DNA of 63,329 bases, filler included, from Octopus bimaculoides (Eukaryota): assembly GCF_001194135.2 (NCBI RefSeq). It is 4 parts of 3 records of this genome, joined end to end, with 100 filler letters (N's around TTAATTAATTAA, not from the genome) between each part and the next. Parts side by side here need not be neighbours in the genome. Positions count along the whole stretch, not along the records: positions 1 to 19,938 come from NC_068992.1; positions 20,039 to 43,955 come from NC_068987.1; 2 more parts are not named here. One strand, written 5' to 3'. A program made the position numbers and the translations under genes. The notes beneath the pieces are model-generated. The model was not told the origin of the DNA. It ran no database searches and worked only from the letters and a program-made list of their open reading frames with translations. Below, piece after piece: positions 14,555 through 26,386 of the stretch. Numbering within the stretch: position 1 is the stretch's first letter; each line of letters starts with the position of its first letter.

Positions 14555-15200
14555 TTTCTTCTTTTAACTCAGGTATTGTTGAAACTCATGGAGTCTTGCT
14601 TGAGTAGCGGTCTTGTTGCCTGCATCCTACAGTACCATGCCATCTGTTCTTTTCAATTACCTAATACTTACTTCCCTGATGATTCTGACTGTGCCAAGGA
14701 GGCAAACCTTTTGTAACACTTCTACTGGGCACTTTTTTTTTCGATTTCGTTTATATTCCTCTTGACGCCTTCTCATACTTTTCTCAAGGACCCAGCAATA
14801 CTAATTGGCACTGTTTTTACCTTTTTCATTTTCCGCAGTCAAACTATCTCCTATTTAAAACATGTCCTTCTTCACTATTCGCAAGTCAAAAGGGACACGC
14901 ATCACCAGTTCTAGAGGACATGAGGTTCACCTTGTCCGCCACCACTAGGTCAACTTTGTTGTGCTGAAGCACCTGGCTCGTTTGGATAGGAAAATCCACT
15001 GGATTTTTCAGATCTACGACTCCAGTTGCCTCTCTTTAGCCTCCGCTTGCTTCTCTTTATCGTCCTCTTTTCAATGTTTCCAGTGTATCATTTTCCCTAA
15101 CTCGTCGTGTCACCACAACTTATTTTGGCTTTGAGCAACTCGAGAGAATGTTTTTACGCTTGACCTCCCTGCCACTTGTCAACGGGTGTTGGTTTGTTTA
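14555..15200 (-). mobile_element. 3' end of an R4/Dong-like RLE LINE (copy 3 of stack 1)
   Basis: Manual translation gives DFPIQTSQVLQHNKVDLVVADK...DACPF and LQKVCLLGTVRIIREV..*, then a 3' UTR and an (AAG/AAC)n tail at about 14483-14560. Confidence 0.85.
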
Positions 15201-15620
15201 CCTCCGCATGACTTAGCAGCTGGGCGAAAATTTGTCGATAGAATAATTACTAGGTTTAATACGTAAGTAGCGATGCGATTTGCTCGACAATACCCTTCAA
15301 GGGATGTCCCAGTATGGCTGCAATCTAATTAGTGACACATGTAAGAGATAAAAGATAAAGATAATCTCTACCCTCGAAAATGCAGATACTATACAACACT
15401 GAACCGAAATAATGTTAAAATTAGTTACACTTGTCTATCTAACTTTGCTGCATTCTTACCAAATACACCAACAACACCAAACCTACCCTAACATGTAACC
15501 GGAAAAACGCTATAAACTGCTCATCATGTGGTTTGTGCTTAAAAGATCCAGTAGTATACCGAGTAAGTCCCTCGCTGAAAACAAAAGCTCAACCAAACCT
15601 TACGTATGCGTAACTGTGGA

Positions 15621-15668
15621 GCCTAACAATTCAAAAGCCTAACAATTCAAAGGCCTAACAATTCAAAA
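15621..15668. repeat. Three tandem 16-bp units gcctaacaattcaaa(a/g)
   Basis: Seen directly. Confidence 0.9.
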
Positions 15669-16208
15669 TATTACAAAGCTCTTTCCGAAATATTAATATA
15701 AATGCAGATCCTATGTTGTCCAAGAAAGGAGGATAAAATACAAACCGAACATCAGCTATAACATTAAGTCGTAAAATAGAATATAAAATCTGACATCTGT
15801 GTTCCGTGGAAACTGCTTCATTCCGAGATTATTTTGAACTTTAAAAAAATTCTCTTGCCTGCAAAAACAGCAATTACTCAAGTTAAAATATGAAAGACAA
15901 GACAAAAACAAAACAACATAATATATAATGCGCTTAAAACCAATAATCAACATCCTAAATTTTCACACTTCCAGAGAACTCTTTTTAGGACGCCAACGCT
16001 TTTCCCTGCAAAATAGGGGTAGCTTATCCTGTTCAGGCTATATTATTAGCATTATCCTGCATTTGAGAATTTAAAATCACTTCTTTAACATTCTTCCTTA
16101 TTTACTTTAGCACACAAAATTAGTTCGTCACTGCATCGTTCTAGGTCCCTTTATTCTGCGCCAACCATTGAAGCCATAACACCCCTCACCTTACACCCCA
16201 AACTTTGT

Positions 16209-16420
16209 GATGCCTGTGGCTTAGTGCTTAAGCCACGTAAGATTGTAGCTTCGATTTCTGAACCAGACGTTGTGTTCTTGAGCCAACCACTTCATTTTAC
16301 GTTGTTTCAGTCCACTCAACTGGAAAAATGAGTAATCTTGGGACGGACTGGCGTCCCGTTCACTGGCAGTGTATATACACCACACAATCCGGGTAACCGA
16401 GGTTATGAGACTATGGCTCG
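16209..16420 (+). mobile_element. Degenerate tRNA-derived SINE with CORE-like segment
   Basis: A-box-like tggcttagtg and B-box-like gcttcgattt, then ttgtgttcttgagccaaccacttcat...ttcagtccactcaactgg, similar to the head at 41950-42070. Confidence 0.6.
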
Positions 16421-16818
16421 GCGAGGATGTTTTTACCAAACTCCGTACAGTTTTCTTCATACCTACATGTGCATACATACCGAGGTTGTACTTGCGTATA
16501 ATTTTACATTACACGAAATTTTAAAAATTATCTTCATATTGTAATTTTTATACTTAGGCATACAAAAATTCAAGAATTCTAAATTCTCCGTTAATTCGTA
16601 ATTCATACGTCGCCTTCCATGACAGCATTTTCAACTTCCCTCCTTTTTTTAAACAGATTCTACATTGAAATACTGATTTTCAAACTAGTCTTGAATACCC
16701 GTTAAATGTTTTATTTATGTTTTCCACGATTTTCTCGTACCTTTATAACTATTTGCCATTTCCTTCTTAAATGATGCTCATTGTGCTATTTAGCATTGTT
16801 TCTCTACACAATTTTTTT

Positions 16819-17374
16819 GAGAAAGACGAATATCGTCCAACCCGCGGCCTCTCAACGATGTATATAGATTAAAGATGATATATAGACGGTTAATTTATTT
16901 TAATACTGATTCAGTTAAATCTACATCTTTATTCAGACAGGCGGCTGTTCGCTTTGCATTCATACATACATACATACATACGTACATACAAACATACCTA
17001 TGTATGTATATATATATATGTATGCAGGTATATATATATATCTATCTATATATATATACAAATATATATATACATACATATATACATGTACACAAACACA
17101 CACGCACATACACACATATATGCATTTGTATCGGCCTACGTTCTTACCTCTATGTATGTATGTATGTATGTATGTATGTATGTATGTATGTATATATGTA
17201 TGTATGTATGTATTTAATCGCGACATTCACCGGTGTTGCCAACAGCCGCCTGTTTGAATAAAGATCTTATAAATTCAACTGAGGCAGTATTAACTTAAAA
17301 TAGCCGACTATGTGTTATATTTAATCTATATACATCATTGACAGGCCGTGAGCTGGACGATTTTCGTTTTTCTC
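16819..17374. mobile_element. Foldback/MITE-like element with ~125-135-bp inverted arms around a microsatellite core
   Basis: 16832-16952 is an approximate reverse complement of 17238-17361 (atcgtcc...gatgtatatagattaaa...tctttattca.acaggcggctgtt). The spacer is (TACA)n/(TA)n/(TATG)n. Confidence 0.8.
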
Positions 17375-17867
17375 GATTTTACTGTGTTTTTAATACAGCA
17401 AGTCCTTAAGGGATGATATTTCAGGAGAAATGTCGCAGTAATATACGTATCAACATAGAATATACGTTAAATACGATGGATAAATAACTGTTATGATTTG
17501 ACACTGCCTTAGGTGCGTTTACCGGACTTTCACTCAGCTGAATGACTAATCATAACAACGTTGAATTTGTTTTTCACCATTTGCTATATCGGAGACGACG
17601 AATTCTCATCTTTGCGCGCAATTGGTTGAGAGAACATTATTGAATAGGCGCTAAAAGGCCAAAATGCACCTGAATTCTCACAGGCTGTTGCTGGGTCGAT
17701 TTTCACCCCTCCCCGATATTTAATGAGTTTTTAACACAGCACGTCCATCAGAGATATTATCACGGGACCGATACTGCAGTAACTGGACTATTGTCAGTGC
17801 GTGTACATTAAGTGTAAAAGGCTATACGAATATATANNNNNNNNNNNNNTATATATATATATCGCTG

Positions 17868-18040
17868 ACCACTACACACATTTTTTTCTCTCCTTGTTTC
17901 TTTCTGTGTTCCTTTCTGTGGAAGAGCGTAGGCTCGAAACGTTAAAATCTTTTTTCAATTCCCGAGCCTTATACTAATACATCTATTTGTTTTCTACACC
18001 ACCTGTCTTCGTCAGTTGTTTTTTGTGAATTCTCCCTATA
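17868..18040 (+). mobile_element. Interspersed repeat resembling a Penelope pseudo-LTR remnant, flanked by (AT)n
   Basis: Contains ggaagagcgtaggctcgaaacgtt (hammerhead-like remnant). A related sequence in the opposite orientation is at about 20039-20150 (gctcgggaa shared). Confidence 0.45.
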
Positions 18041-19106
18041 TATATATATATATATATATAGATACACACGCGCATATACTTGAATGTATCACACACGCAG
18101 ATGTGAAGAACAAATATTTTCAGTATGTTGTAATGAATATACAACGGTGCCATAATTGTATTACTGTTAAATATAATTCTATTTCTTCGTATAAATTCCT
18201 TGTAGTTTGTCGGTCGGCCATTAGATTGCTTATTTTACCTGAGACTAATGTGAACTGTACGTGTTTATTTTAGCAGTGAGTTAAGTCATGAGTATTGTTT
18301 CATCATTAATTATCCGTGGGGAATTTTCAGCGTATTGTATGTTTCAATTTATGTTTTCCATCTTCCACAATATCCTCATAATCATGATCATGATCATCTT
18401 CATCGTCATCATCATCATCATCATCACCATCGTCTTCGTCGTCGTCGTCTTCGTCCTCGATCTCTTCGTTACCAACATGTTTCTTTCTTTTGATTACTCA
18501 GCCGTAAAACATCAAATTAATGCATGATAATGAGTCATATTTTCCTGCTTCGATTTGAAATACCAAATCGCAGAGGCAAATATTGATTTCTGGACAACGG
18601 AAGAGTAGATACAATATACATATACCTGCAATAAAGTGACGTAAATAATTATTACAATATCACCAACATGACCTTTAAGAATCGGTTTGTGCCTGAATAA
18701 AAGAAAAGTAATTGCTACTTAGGATAACTAGATCACAGGCGAGAGTTATTCTATATCTTGATTTGTATTTAATTCTATAGACACCTTGCTCCACGTGGTA
18801 GATATTTTATCTAGAACAAACCGAAAGGGAAAGTTTCGGTGAATCAACTTGCCGCATATAAGAGAGAAATTTTCATTTCCTTCAAGCCGTAATTTCACAC
18901 TGGTAACAGTGAACGATATATGTCAAAGCATCCCTGCATAAATAATCTGAATATGAAATGAAATGCTCAAGGCTGGAACGCTTCCATATCACACCTTGAT
19001 TGAAGCTAATCTGGTAAAGAAGCACAAAAACAAAATACAACAAAAAACCTCACCCCAAAATGGTATTCAAGCTATAAGTAAATACCTTTCCTTAGAATTT
19101 ACGTCC

Positions 19107-19146
19107 ATGATCAGGTATATAAGCATATGCTTATATACCTGATCAT
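19107..19146. repeat. Perfect 40-bp palindrome
   Basis: atgatcaggtatataagcat|atgcttatatacctgatcat. Confidence 0.95.
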
Positions 19147-19768
19147 AATTATCATAAATGTTAATTATACTCGTCATTATAAGGATTCCTAATGACGTTA
19201 TGTTCTCGTCAGCAACTCCATCATTTCTATTGCGTGTGACGATCACCTAAGATTTATTCATAATTCAGTAGATTTATTTACCTTAGTTATTTAGGTGAAA
19301 TAATTATTAATACTTAGATATTCAGAGCTTCATTGCAGAAGATTGAATGAAGGACTTAGATTTTATTCATGCTAAAAGATTATTTTTTCATAAGTACACA
19401 CACATACAAATAATGTGTGAACGTAGGTATACACACAGACATCCACACCCACACATAAAATATTATCTGGGTAATAACCTCATAAGGTGCATTGAAAATC
19501 TTCTATACTGTTATCGGCTACCATATGCTATCATACAGCTGGTTATTACTTGAGTAGGATCAACATGGCGAACTCAGTGTATAGAATTTATATAAACATT
19601 TACACAAGTAAATGGAATAAACAGGCTTCACTTACAAGTTACTATATTTGTTTCTGTGTGCAGTAGTAGCAGCTGGCAGATGTTGAGTTTTTAGTCTCAT
19701 ACCAGCGAAAAAAATATACATACACATGTGTATACATACATATATATATACACACACACGCACACACA

Positions 19769-19816
<48 letters not shown>

Positions 19817-20599
19817 AACATATGCATACAAACATACGTACATAGATGTATACACAGATATATATATGCATAAATCTATACATGCATATATACATACATA
19901 CGTGTTTGTGTATATATACATATATATATATATATATANNNNNNNNNNNNNNNNNNNNNNNNNNNNNNNNNNNNNNNNNNNNTTAATTAATTAANNNNNN
20001 NNNNNNNNNNNNNNNNNNNNNNNNNNNNNNNNNNNNNNGAAAAAGACAAAAAAACAACAACAAAAAACAACAATGTGAGGACGTGATACAGATTGTGTTA
20101 CTAGACGCTCGGGAAAGGAAAGAAAGAGAAGAAAATGCGTGACAGGCAGACATGCATATAAATATTGTGTATATATTTAAAATAAATTGACCGGATTTTC
20201 GTAGTTAGAATGACATTGTGTTATTTCCTTTACGGTAGATTAGTGGACCGCGATTAATACTTTAAGAAGTAAAAGAGGAACGTGTATATTTGTAATGGAG
20301 ATCATAGTTGAACTGAAAGGAAAAATGAAATAGAAAACTGAATTAATTCATAACTTCCTGTAAGACAATACCAACGTGACTGCAACTATCAGCCACTCCT
20401 AAAACGCAGGATATCACAAGAATCGCACTAACTTTGTTTACATGTATTTTGAAGCATGTGAGAAACTCTCTGAGGTAATGAAAGAACTCTAATAATTTCT
20501 ATCATTCAATTCTGTAATAGAATAAATACAGGACTGAGATTTTTATTTCGAAATTTTATAACAGAATGCTAAGAGTTAAATAAAGATTATATGATATAC

Positions 20600-21500
20600 T
20601 TGGTGTCCTGTCAATTTGTCGACGTCGACGGCAATTTGTCGTAGTTTAATTTGTCCACAGTTAATTCATCGTTAGCCAATTCGTCCCAGGTGAATTCGTC
20701 GTCAGTTACTTCGTCGAGATCATAGAAAAATGGAAGAACGAATATCTGAACCAAAACACGTTTATTTTAAGCTTTGCTGTATTACATATTTATTTTTTCT
20801 CAAAATTTAAGATTGTGTGCAATTGTTTTTAGAAAGATAATTTTTTGGCTTGGATCATATTTTTCCATGACGCAGGTTCATATCTTTGTTTTTGCTTTTT
20901 TTTTTTTTTTTTTNNNNNNNNNNCTTCAATTTGGTACAGGCAAACCTTTCCTCACATATAATCACTTCAATAAACTTCCAAATATTTGAATGACTAATAT
21001 TCGCTGTGTTTTTTAGCGCGCTGTGGTAGGCTTCTAAACTATTTGTAGTACGAACAATCCCCGTCATACATCGATCCCAAACTTTCCATAGAGATAATGG
21101 AAATGGAGGTTCAAGACATCGCCTCCTCCGTCCTCTTCCTCTAGGTGGTCCTGTATAATTATTTTCAAAATAGGATATAATTGACTATGGAATATCATCA
21201 TCGTCTACAAGTTGTTCATATCCATCTACAACATCATCAACCGGCAGGAAGGCAAGGTCAACAAAACATCACATCTTTAGACTAAAACTGTCATACTTTT
21301 ACACATTTTGTCCTAAATGAAACAAGCAGCATGCCAAATTCAACCCAGGAAACGATTCCAGAAGTCCGTCATGGGCCAAGTTTTCGAAATCAATAATTAT
21401 AATACCAGATCCCTGATTCTGCAGTAATACATTTATTTTGGTAAAAAGTCTACTATATGTGTCTTGACTTTTGTGAGAGAAGAATGTGAACAATCGTGGG
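20600..21500 (-). mobile_element. MULE (Mutator-like) DNA transposon remnant: transposase C-terminal half plus subterminal repeat array
   Basis: One frame with stops, 21493 to 20855: K.QDTYSRLF...IIIDFE...FPG..ACCLFHLGQ...LAFLPVDDV...YFENNY...PPFPLSLW..WDR....RTTNSLEAYH...HSNIWKFIE, matching the MULE transposase pattern. AATT(T/C)GTC repeats lie at 20613-20715. Confidence 0.88.
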
Positions 21501-21986
21501 GCATTAAAATTGTCAATTTGAATGTGAAGTATATATAACTGAAAAAAATATACTCGAGTAGCGAATATATTAGTATAATATTCTCTTACTTTTTTCTCTC
21601 ATTCTACGTTTCTCTTTCACACACACATATATGCATAGGTACACACACATATGATGGATTCTACCGCCGAAGACGACGTATGAGCGTTGAATTTTGCCGA
21701 ACGACCTACACAAAAGGATTTGTTTATAGTGATCAAATGTTCGTGCTGAACATTATCTCACTTCTTCCATCAAATCGACCTTGTCTGGACAGGTGTACGG
21801 TGTACCACGTGTCAGGTGTCGATGTGATCGCAGAGCAAGATGAGATGAAGTGTTTTCCTCAAGAACACAACGCACTAAAACGTCTAGGAATTGAAACCAC
21901 GATCTCGCGAGCGTGAGCTCAACACCCTAACCACTACGTCATGCGTCCTAATACATACATATAGTTTTATATACATAAACGCGTAA

Positions 21987-22026
<40 letters not shown>

Positions 22027-22163
22027 ACTTCATGATCAATCATTTATCCAAAAATGCGGGAAAGCCTCTACGATCCAAAATTTTGTCAAGTAGCGTGACA
22101 AAACAATATCTCAGAAATGGTTATTTTTTTCAAATAAAATGAGTTGTCGGTGAGCATAAAGAC

Positions 22164-22555
22164 GTTGTTTGTTGTTGTTGGCATTCCGTCGCTTACGACG
22201 TCGAGGGTTCCGGTTGATACAATCAACGGAACAGCCTGCTCGTGCAATTAACGTGCAACTGGCTGAGCACTCCACAGACACGTGTACACTTGACGTAGTT
22301 CTCGGGCAGATTCAGCGTGACACAGTGTGACAAGGATGGCCCTTTGAAATACAGGTACAACAGAAACAGGAAGTAAGAGTGAGAGAAAGTTGTGGTGAAA
22401 GAATACAGCAGTATTCGCCACCACCCCCTGCTGGAGCCTCGTGGAGCTTTAGGTGTTTTCGCTCAATAAACACTCAGAACGCCCGGTCTGGGAATCGAAA
22501 CCACGATCCTATGACCGCGAGTCCGCTGCCTTAACCACTGGGCCATTATGCCTCC
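22164..22555 (-). mobile_element. Full-length tRNA-derived SINE (family A) with 16-bp TSD
   Basis: A box tggcccagtgg, B box ggtttcgattcc and a (caa)n tail. The TSD gca(t/c)aaagacgttgtt lies at 22154-22169 and 22556-22571. It matches 33197-33497 and 62961-63325. Confidence 0.92.
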
Positions 22556-22619
22556 GCACAAAGACGTTGTTAATTTAGGTTAATCTACTTTCTGAATTCA
22601 AACCATACTAAGTTTGTCA

Positions 22620-23040
22620 TTACATTTCAATCTAGCAGGGCCAGCAAAATAAAGCACCAATCAAGTACTGTTGTCGATACAATCAACTCCTTCCGCTTCC
22701 CCTCACAAAATATCTGACCTTTTGATTATATAAGAAATTATTATTTATAGATTGGTTCAGTAGAACGTGAACATATTGCACGAGACACGACCATCTTTTC
22801 AAGCAAATTTTTATTAATATGCGACCTTGTCCCGTTTTGTAATATCTTTGTTTTTAATTTGTTGTATATTCTTATAATTAGTTCTTTTTTGTTGTTTCTC
22901 AGGACTGATATAAAAAGAAAGGAACAGTTTGGAACTATAGAATATTGTAAATTATATTTTGTGTAATACTCTCTCACTTTTTCTCGTTCTCTTTTTCTCT
23001 TTCGCATACACACACACACACACACACAAACACACACAAA
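22620..23040 (+). repeat. Segment duplicated at about 25935-26380
   Basis: Shared ctcagtagaacgtga.catattgcacgaga...atcttttcaagcaaat...aatatgcgaccttgtcccg...aatttgttgtatattctta, ending in (CA)n in both copies. Confidence 0.85.
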
Positions 23041-23099
23041 CACACACATTCATGTACATGCATGTATAGATAGATAGATAGATAGACAGGCAGACAGAT

Positions 23100-23600
23100 N
23101 NNNNNNNNNNNNNNNNNNNNNNNNNNNNNNNNNNNNNNNNNNNNNNNNNNNNNNNNNNNNNNNNNNNNNNNNNNNNNNNNNNNNNNNNNNNNNNNNNNNN
23201 NNNNNNNNNNNNNNNNNNNNNNNNNNNNNNNNNNNNNNNNNNNNNNNNNNNNNNNNNNNNNNNNNNNNNNNNNNNNNNNNNNNNNNNNNNNNNNNNNNNN
23301 NNNNNNNNNNNNNNNNNNNNNNNNNNNNNNNNNNNNNNNNNNNNNNNNNNNNNNNNNNNNNNNNNNNNNNNNNNNNNNNNNNNNNNNNNNNNNNNNNNNN
23401 NNNNNNNNNNNNNNNNNNNNNNNNNNNNNNNNNNNNNNNNNNNNNNNNNNNNNNNNNNNNNNNNNNNNNNNNNNNNNNNNNNNNNNNNNNNNNNNNNNNN
23501 NNNNNNNNNNNNNNNNNNNNNNNNNNNNNNNNNNNNNNNNNNNNNNNNNNNNNNNNNNNNNNNNNNNNNNNNNNNNNNNNNNNNNNNNNNNNNNNNNNNN
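23100..23600. other. Assembly gap (N run)
   Basis: N bases. Confidence 1.
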
Positions 23601-23861
23601 NTTTTTGTTTCTCTATTATTAATTTTACTCGCGTCTCTATCTTAGTAGAAGCTGATGGATAAAAAAAATCAAGCTACATAAACAAACGGAAGCAAAACCG
23701 TTCAGAAATTAAATAACACTAACATATTCAGTAACAATAATAAATTCAATTTATCCTCGACAATTTTTAGTTTTACCCATTTTGAATATATCGCTCCTGT
23801 TAAAAACTTCTTACCTATTTGACAATTGCATTTCTAGCTCTGTCTTGAAGGAAGCTTTACT

Positions 23862-24030
23862 ACTTGAACTCACGTTTTTGTGCGCAACGATGTTGTTAAA
23901 CCTCCGTTAACAGCACCGTATGAAGGTCCTTCCCATTTTCTTTCACGCACGGATAAATTTTTCACTTTAGACTTTAATGGTCGTAAAGACACTGTATTAG
24001 TGGATATACTAAAATAAGGCTTCATAGAGA
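23862..24030 (+). pseudogene. Gypsy LTR-retrotransposon integrase C-terminal fragment
   Basis: The plus-strand frame from 23871 reads (T*T)HVFVRNDVVKPPLTAPYEGPSHFLSRTDKFFTLDFNGRKDTVLVDILK*, matching the Gypsy integrase tail motif HVFVRxD...PLxxPYxGP...NGRxDTVSxDRLK. Confidence 0.85.
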
Positions 24031-24129
24031 AAATGTCCCTGTTCCCACTGCAGACGACACACATACACAGCATTACAAACAGGGCTTGCACACCCACTTA
24101 CACATTCCATGACTATCATTGGGATCGAT

Positions 24130-25230
24130 TTTTTTAATTACCTATAAAAAGCGATACAAAGAATCTTCCGTCGAACATTACAACACATAAAGAAAATACA
24201 AACGCGACAAACACAAACTCGAGGAACTAAAAATACAAAAAGAAGATGAAATCAGAAGAAAAACTAAAATAACGAATGGTAATATGAAAGAATGAAAGAA
24301 TGAGAAATGAAAGTGATGTTACCTGCCCCATCAAGTAACATCACTTGCTTGCCTTTTCGCCTGTTCTCCATAATATCTATACCATATCGTGTTTTTAGTT
24401 CTTCGTATTCTATTTCTTTCGGCAATTTGTCCATATTATACTTCACCTTCCATACCTCAAAATCATCGAATTTTTTAATTTTGTTTAAATGTTTTTCTTT
24501 TACCAACATCACTGTAATTTCCCCATACTCGTCGTCGTTAACGTCCACATAGACTGTATCTTCCCAATTCTCCTCTATCTCATGCAGTTCTTTCTCTGCC
24601 TCAAAATAAACAATACATGCATAACAGTCAGTGGGAGGGGAAGTTTCTAAAACATTGTGTGGTGTCCTTCTTTTTTTGTTTTCGTGTTGGTGGGGAATGG
24701 GTAGGTATGGTATCTGCAGGAGGAGGGTGGGACGAAGAGGGTGTGGATGGGCATTAGGTGGGCTGGGGTTCTGCATGTGAGAGGGCTACATTCTTCCTTT
24801 TTCTTTTCGAACTTTTCTTACTTGTTTTCCCCTCTTTTCCTTCATTTTCTTTTTTCGCCGGTATTGTCCCCTCATTCTCTGTTCTTTCCTGTTGTTTCTC
24901 TTGTAGTAACTCCTGAGGATGCCGTTCTTCAGTTTCTCTGATTGGTGGAGGGCAACTCGCTCTTATGTGGCTCTTCAGGCCACATTTATAACAGCGAGGG
25001 ATTCTGCCCTCCACTCAGACTTATGTCACCTATTGTTATCGTCTCTGCCAGTCTCTCTAGTGTTTCTCTCTCAGTTTGAATGTTCATCTCCAATGATTTC
25101 CCCTTCCACGTCCCGTCTTCAGATGACGTAGCTTGGATAACAGACACCTTTTCCTCACTTCCGAGGAGTACAGCCGCTGCAAAGCAGCACAAAAATTTCA
25201 AACAAACAGCAAATCACCAATAGCACGCAC
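24130..25230 (-). mobile_element. Retroelement carrying an ORF1-like CCHC zinc knuckle, an acidic C-terminal domain and a T-rich 3' UTR ending in A7; no ORF2 seen
   Basis: ORF 24754-25014 has EGRIPRCYKCGLKSHIRASCPP (CX2CX4HX4C). ORF 24264-24776 supplies a globular-looking acidic domain. It is homologous to 10330-10770. Confidence 0.7.
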
Positions 25231-25396
25231 TGATTCGATTTTGGGATCTATCAGGTACCAGACAAGGATTCTGAATTACTTTTCCGGAAGTTGCTGTAGG
25301 TGAACATAAAATCACTTTTATTGCCTTACGTCCACAAACAAACATTCAACCGCTTAAATTGCATAAGCTAAATCATTACATTATTAATAAATTGAC

Positions 25397-26040
25397 TAAG
25401 GCGCCGAGCTGGTAGAATCGTTACGTCGCCGGTCAAAATACTTAGCGACATTTTACGTTCTGAGTTCAAATTCCGCCGAGGTCGACTTTACCTTTCATCC
25501 TTTCGAGGTCGATAAAATAAGTACCAGCTGTGTACAGCGGTCGATGTAATCGACTATCCCCTTTCTTTAAATTTCAGGCCTTGTGCCTGTAGTAGAAAGG
25601 ATTATTACTAATCTGACTAACGCGTCGACCTGGCAGAAACGCAACCGCGTTGGGTAAAATGCTCAGTGGCATTTCTTCCGGCACTTGATGTTCTGAGTTC
25701 AATTTCTGCTGAGGTTAACTTTGCCTCTCATTCTTTCGAGGTCGGTAAAATATGTGCCAGCTGTATCCTGGGGTCGTTGAAATCGCCATGCTCCTCCCCT
25801 CCTCCAAAATGATTCACGCTTTATGCTTGTTGTAGAAAGAATTATTCATAAGTTGACTGAGGCGACAGATTGGCAGAAGCAGTACAGCGTCGGTTAAAAT
25901 GTCATATGATATTTTCTTCGGCTCTTCACGCCATGTTTCAATTTAGCAGGGTCGACCAAATAAAGTACCAGTCAAGCACTGGTATCGATACAAACATCTG
26001 CTTCTCCTTCCCCGCCAAAAATATCTGACCTTGTTATGTA
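25397..26040 (+). mobile_element. Chain of three head-to-tail SINE family B copies
   Basis: Repeated aaggcg.cgagctggcagaa...ctgagttcaaatt...gaggtcgactt.gcctttcat...gtcgataaaataagtacc motifs starting near 25397, 25617 and 25857. Confidence 0.85.
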
Positions 26041-26330
26041 AGAAATCATTGTTAGTAGGTTAGCTCAGTAGAACGTGATCATATTGCACGAGATAGGATC
26101 ATCTTTTCAAGCAAATCTTAATTAATATGCGACCTTGTCCCGCTTTGTAATATCTTGTTTTTTAATTTGTTGTATATTCTTATTATGAGTTCCTTTGTTG
26201 TTTTTAGGTACTGGGATATAGGTACTTTTTCAGTTCCCAATAACAGTGAGATATAAAAACAAATAAAGAGATAATTTGAAACTACAGAATATCATAAATA
26301 TTCTCTCACTATTTTCTCTCATTCCCTTTT

Positions 26331-26386
<56 letters not shown>

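Noticed and set aside
19983-19994. TTAATTAATTAA island inside an N gap, repeated at 44000-44011 and 62232-62243
   Set aside because: Each sits in an identical 44N-12-44N (100-bp) block and encodes stops in all six frames, so it is an artificial scaffolding linker.
20613-20715. CRISPR-like repeat-spacer array
   Set aside because: The repeats are 8 bp with spacers of about 7 bp, in a eukaryotic MULE context with no cas genes.
23870-24097. Minus-strand ORF MGVQALFVMLC...
   Set aside because: It is the antisense of the plus-strand Gypsy integrase fragment.
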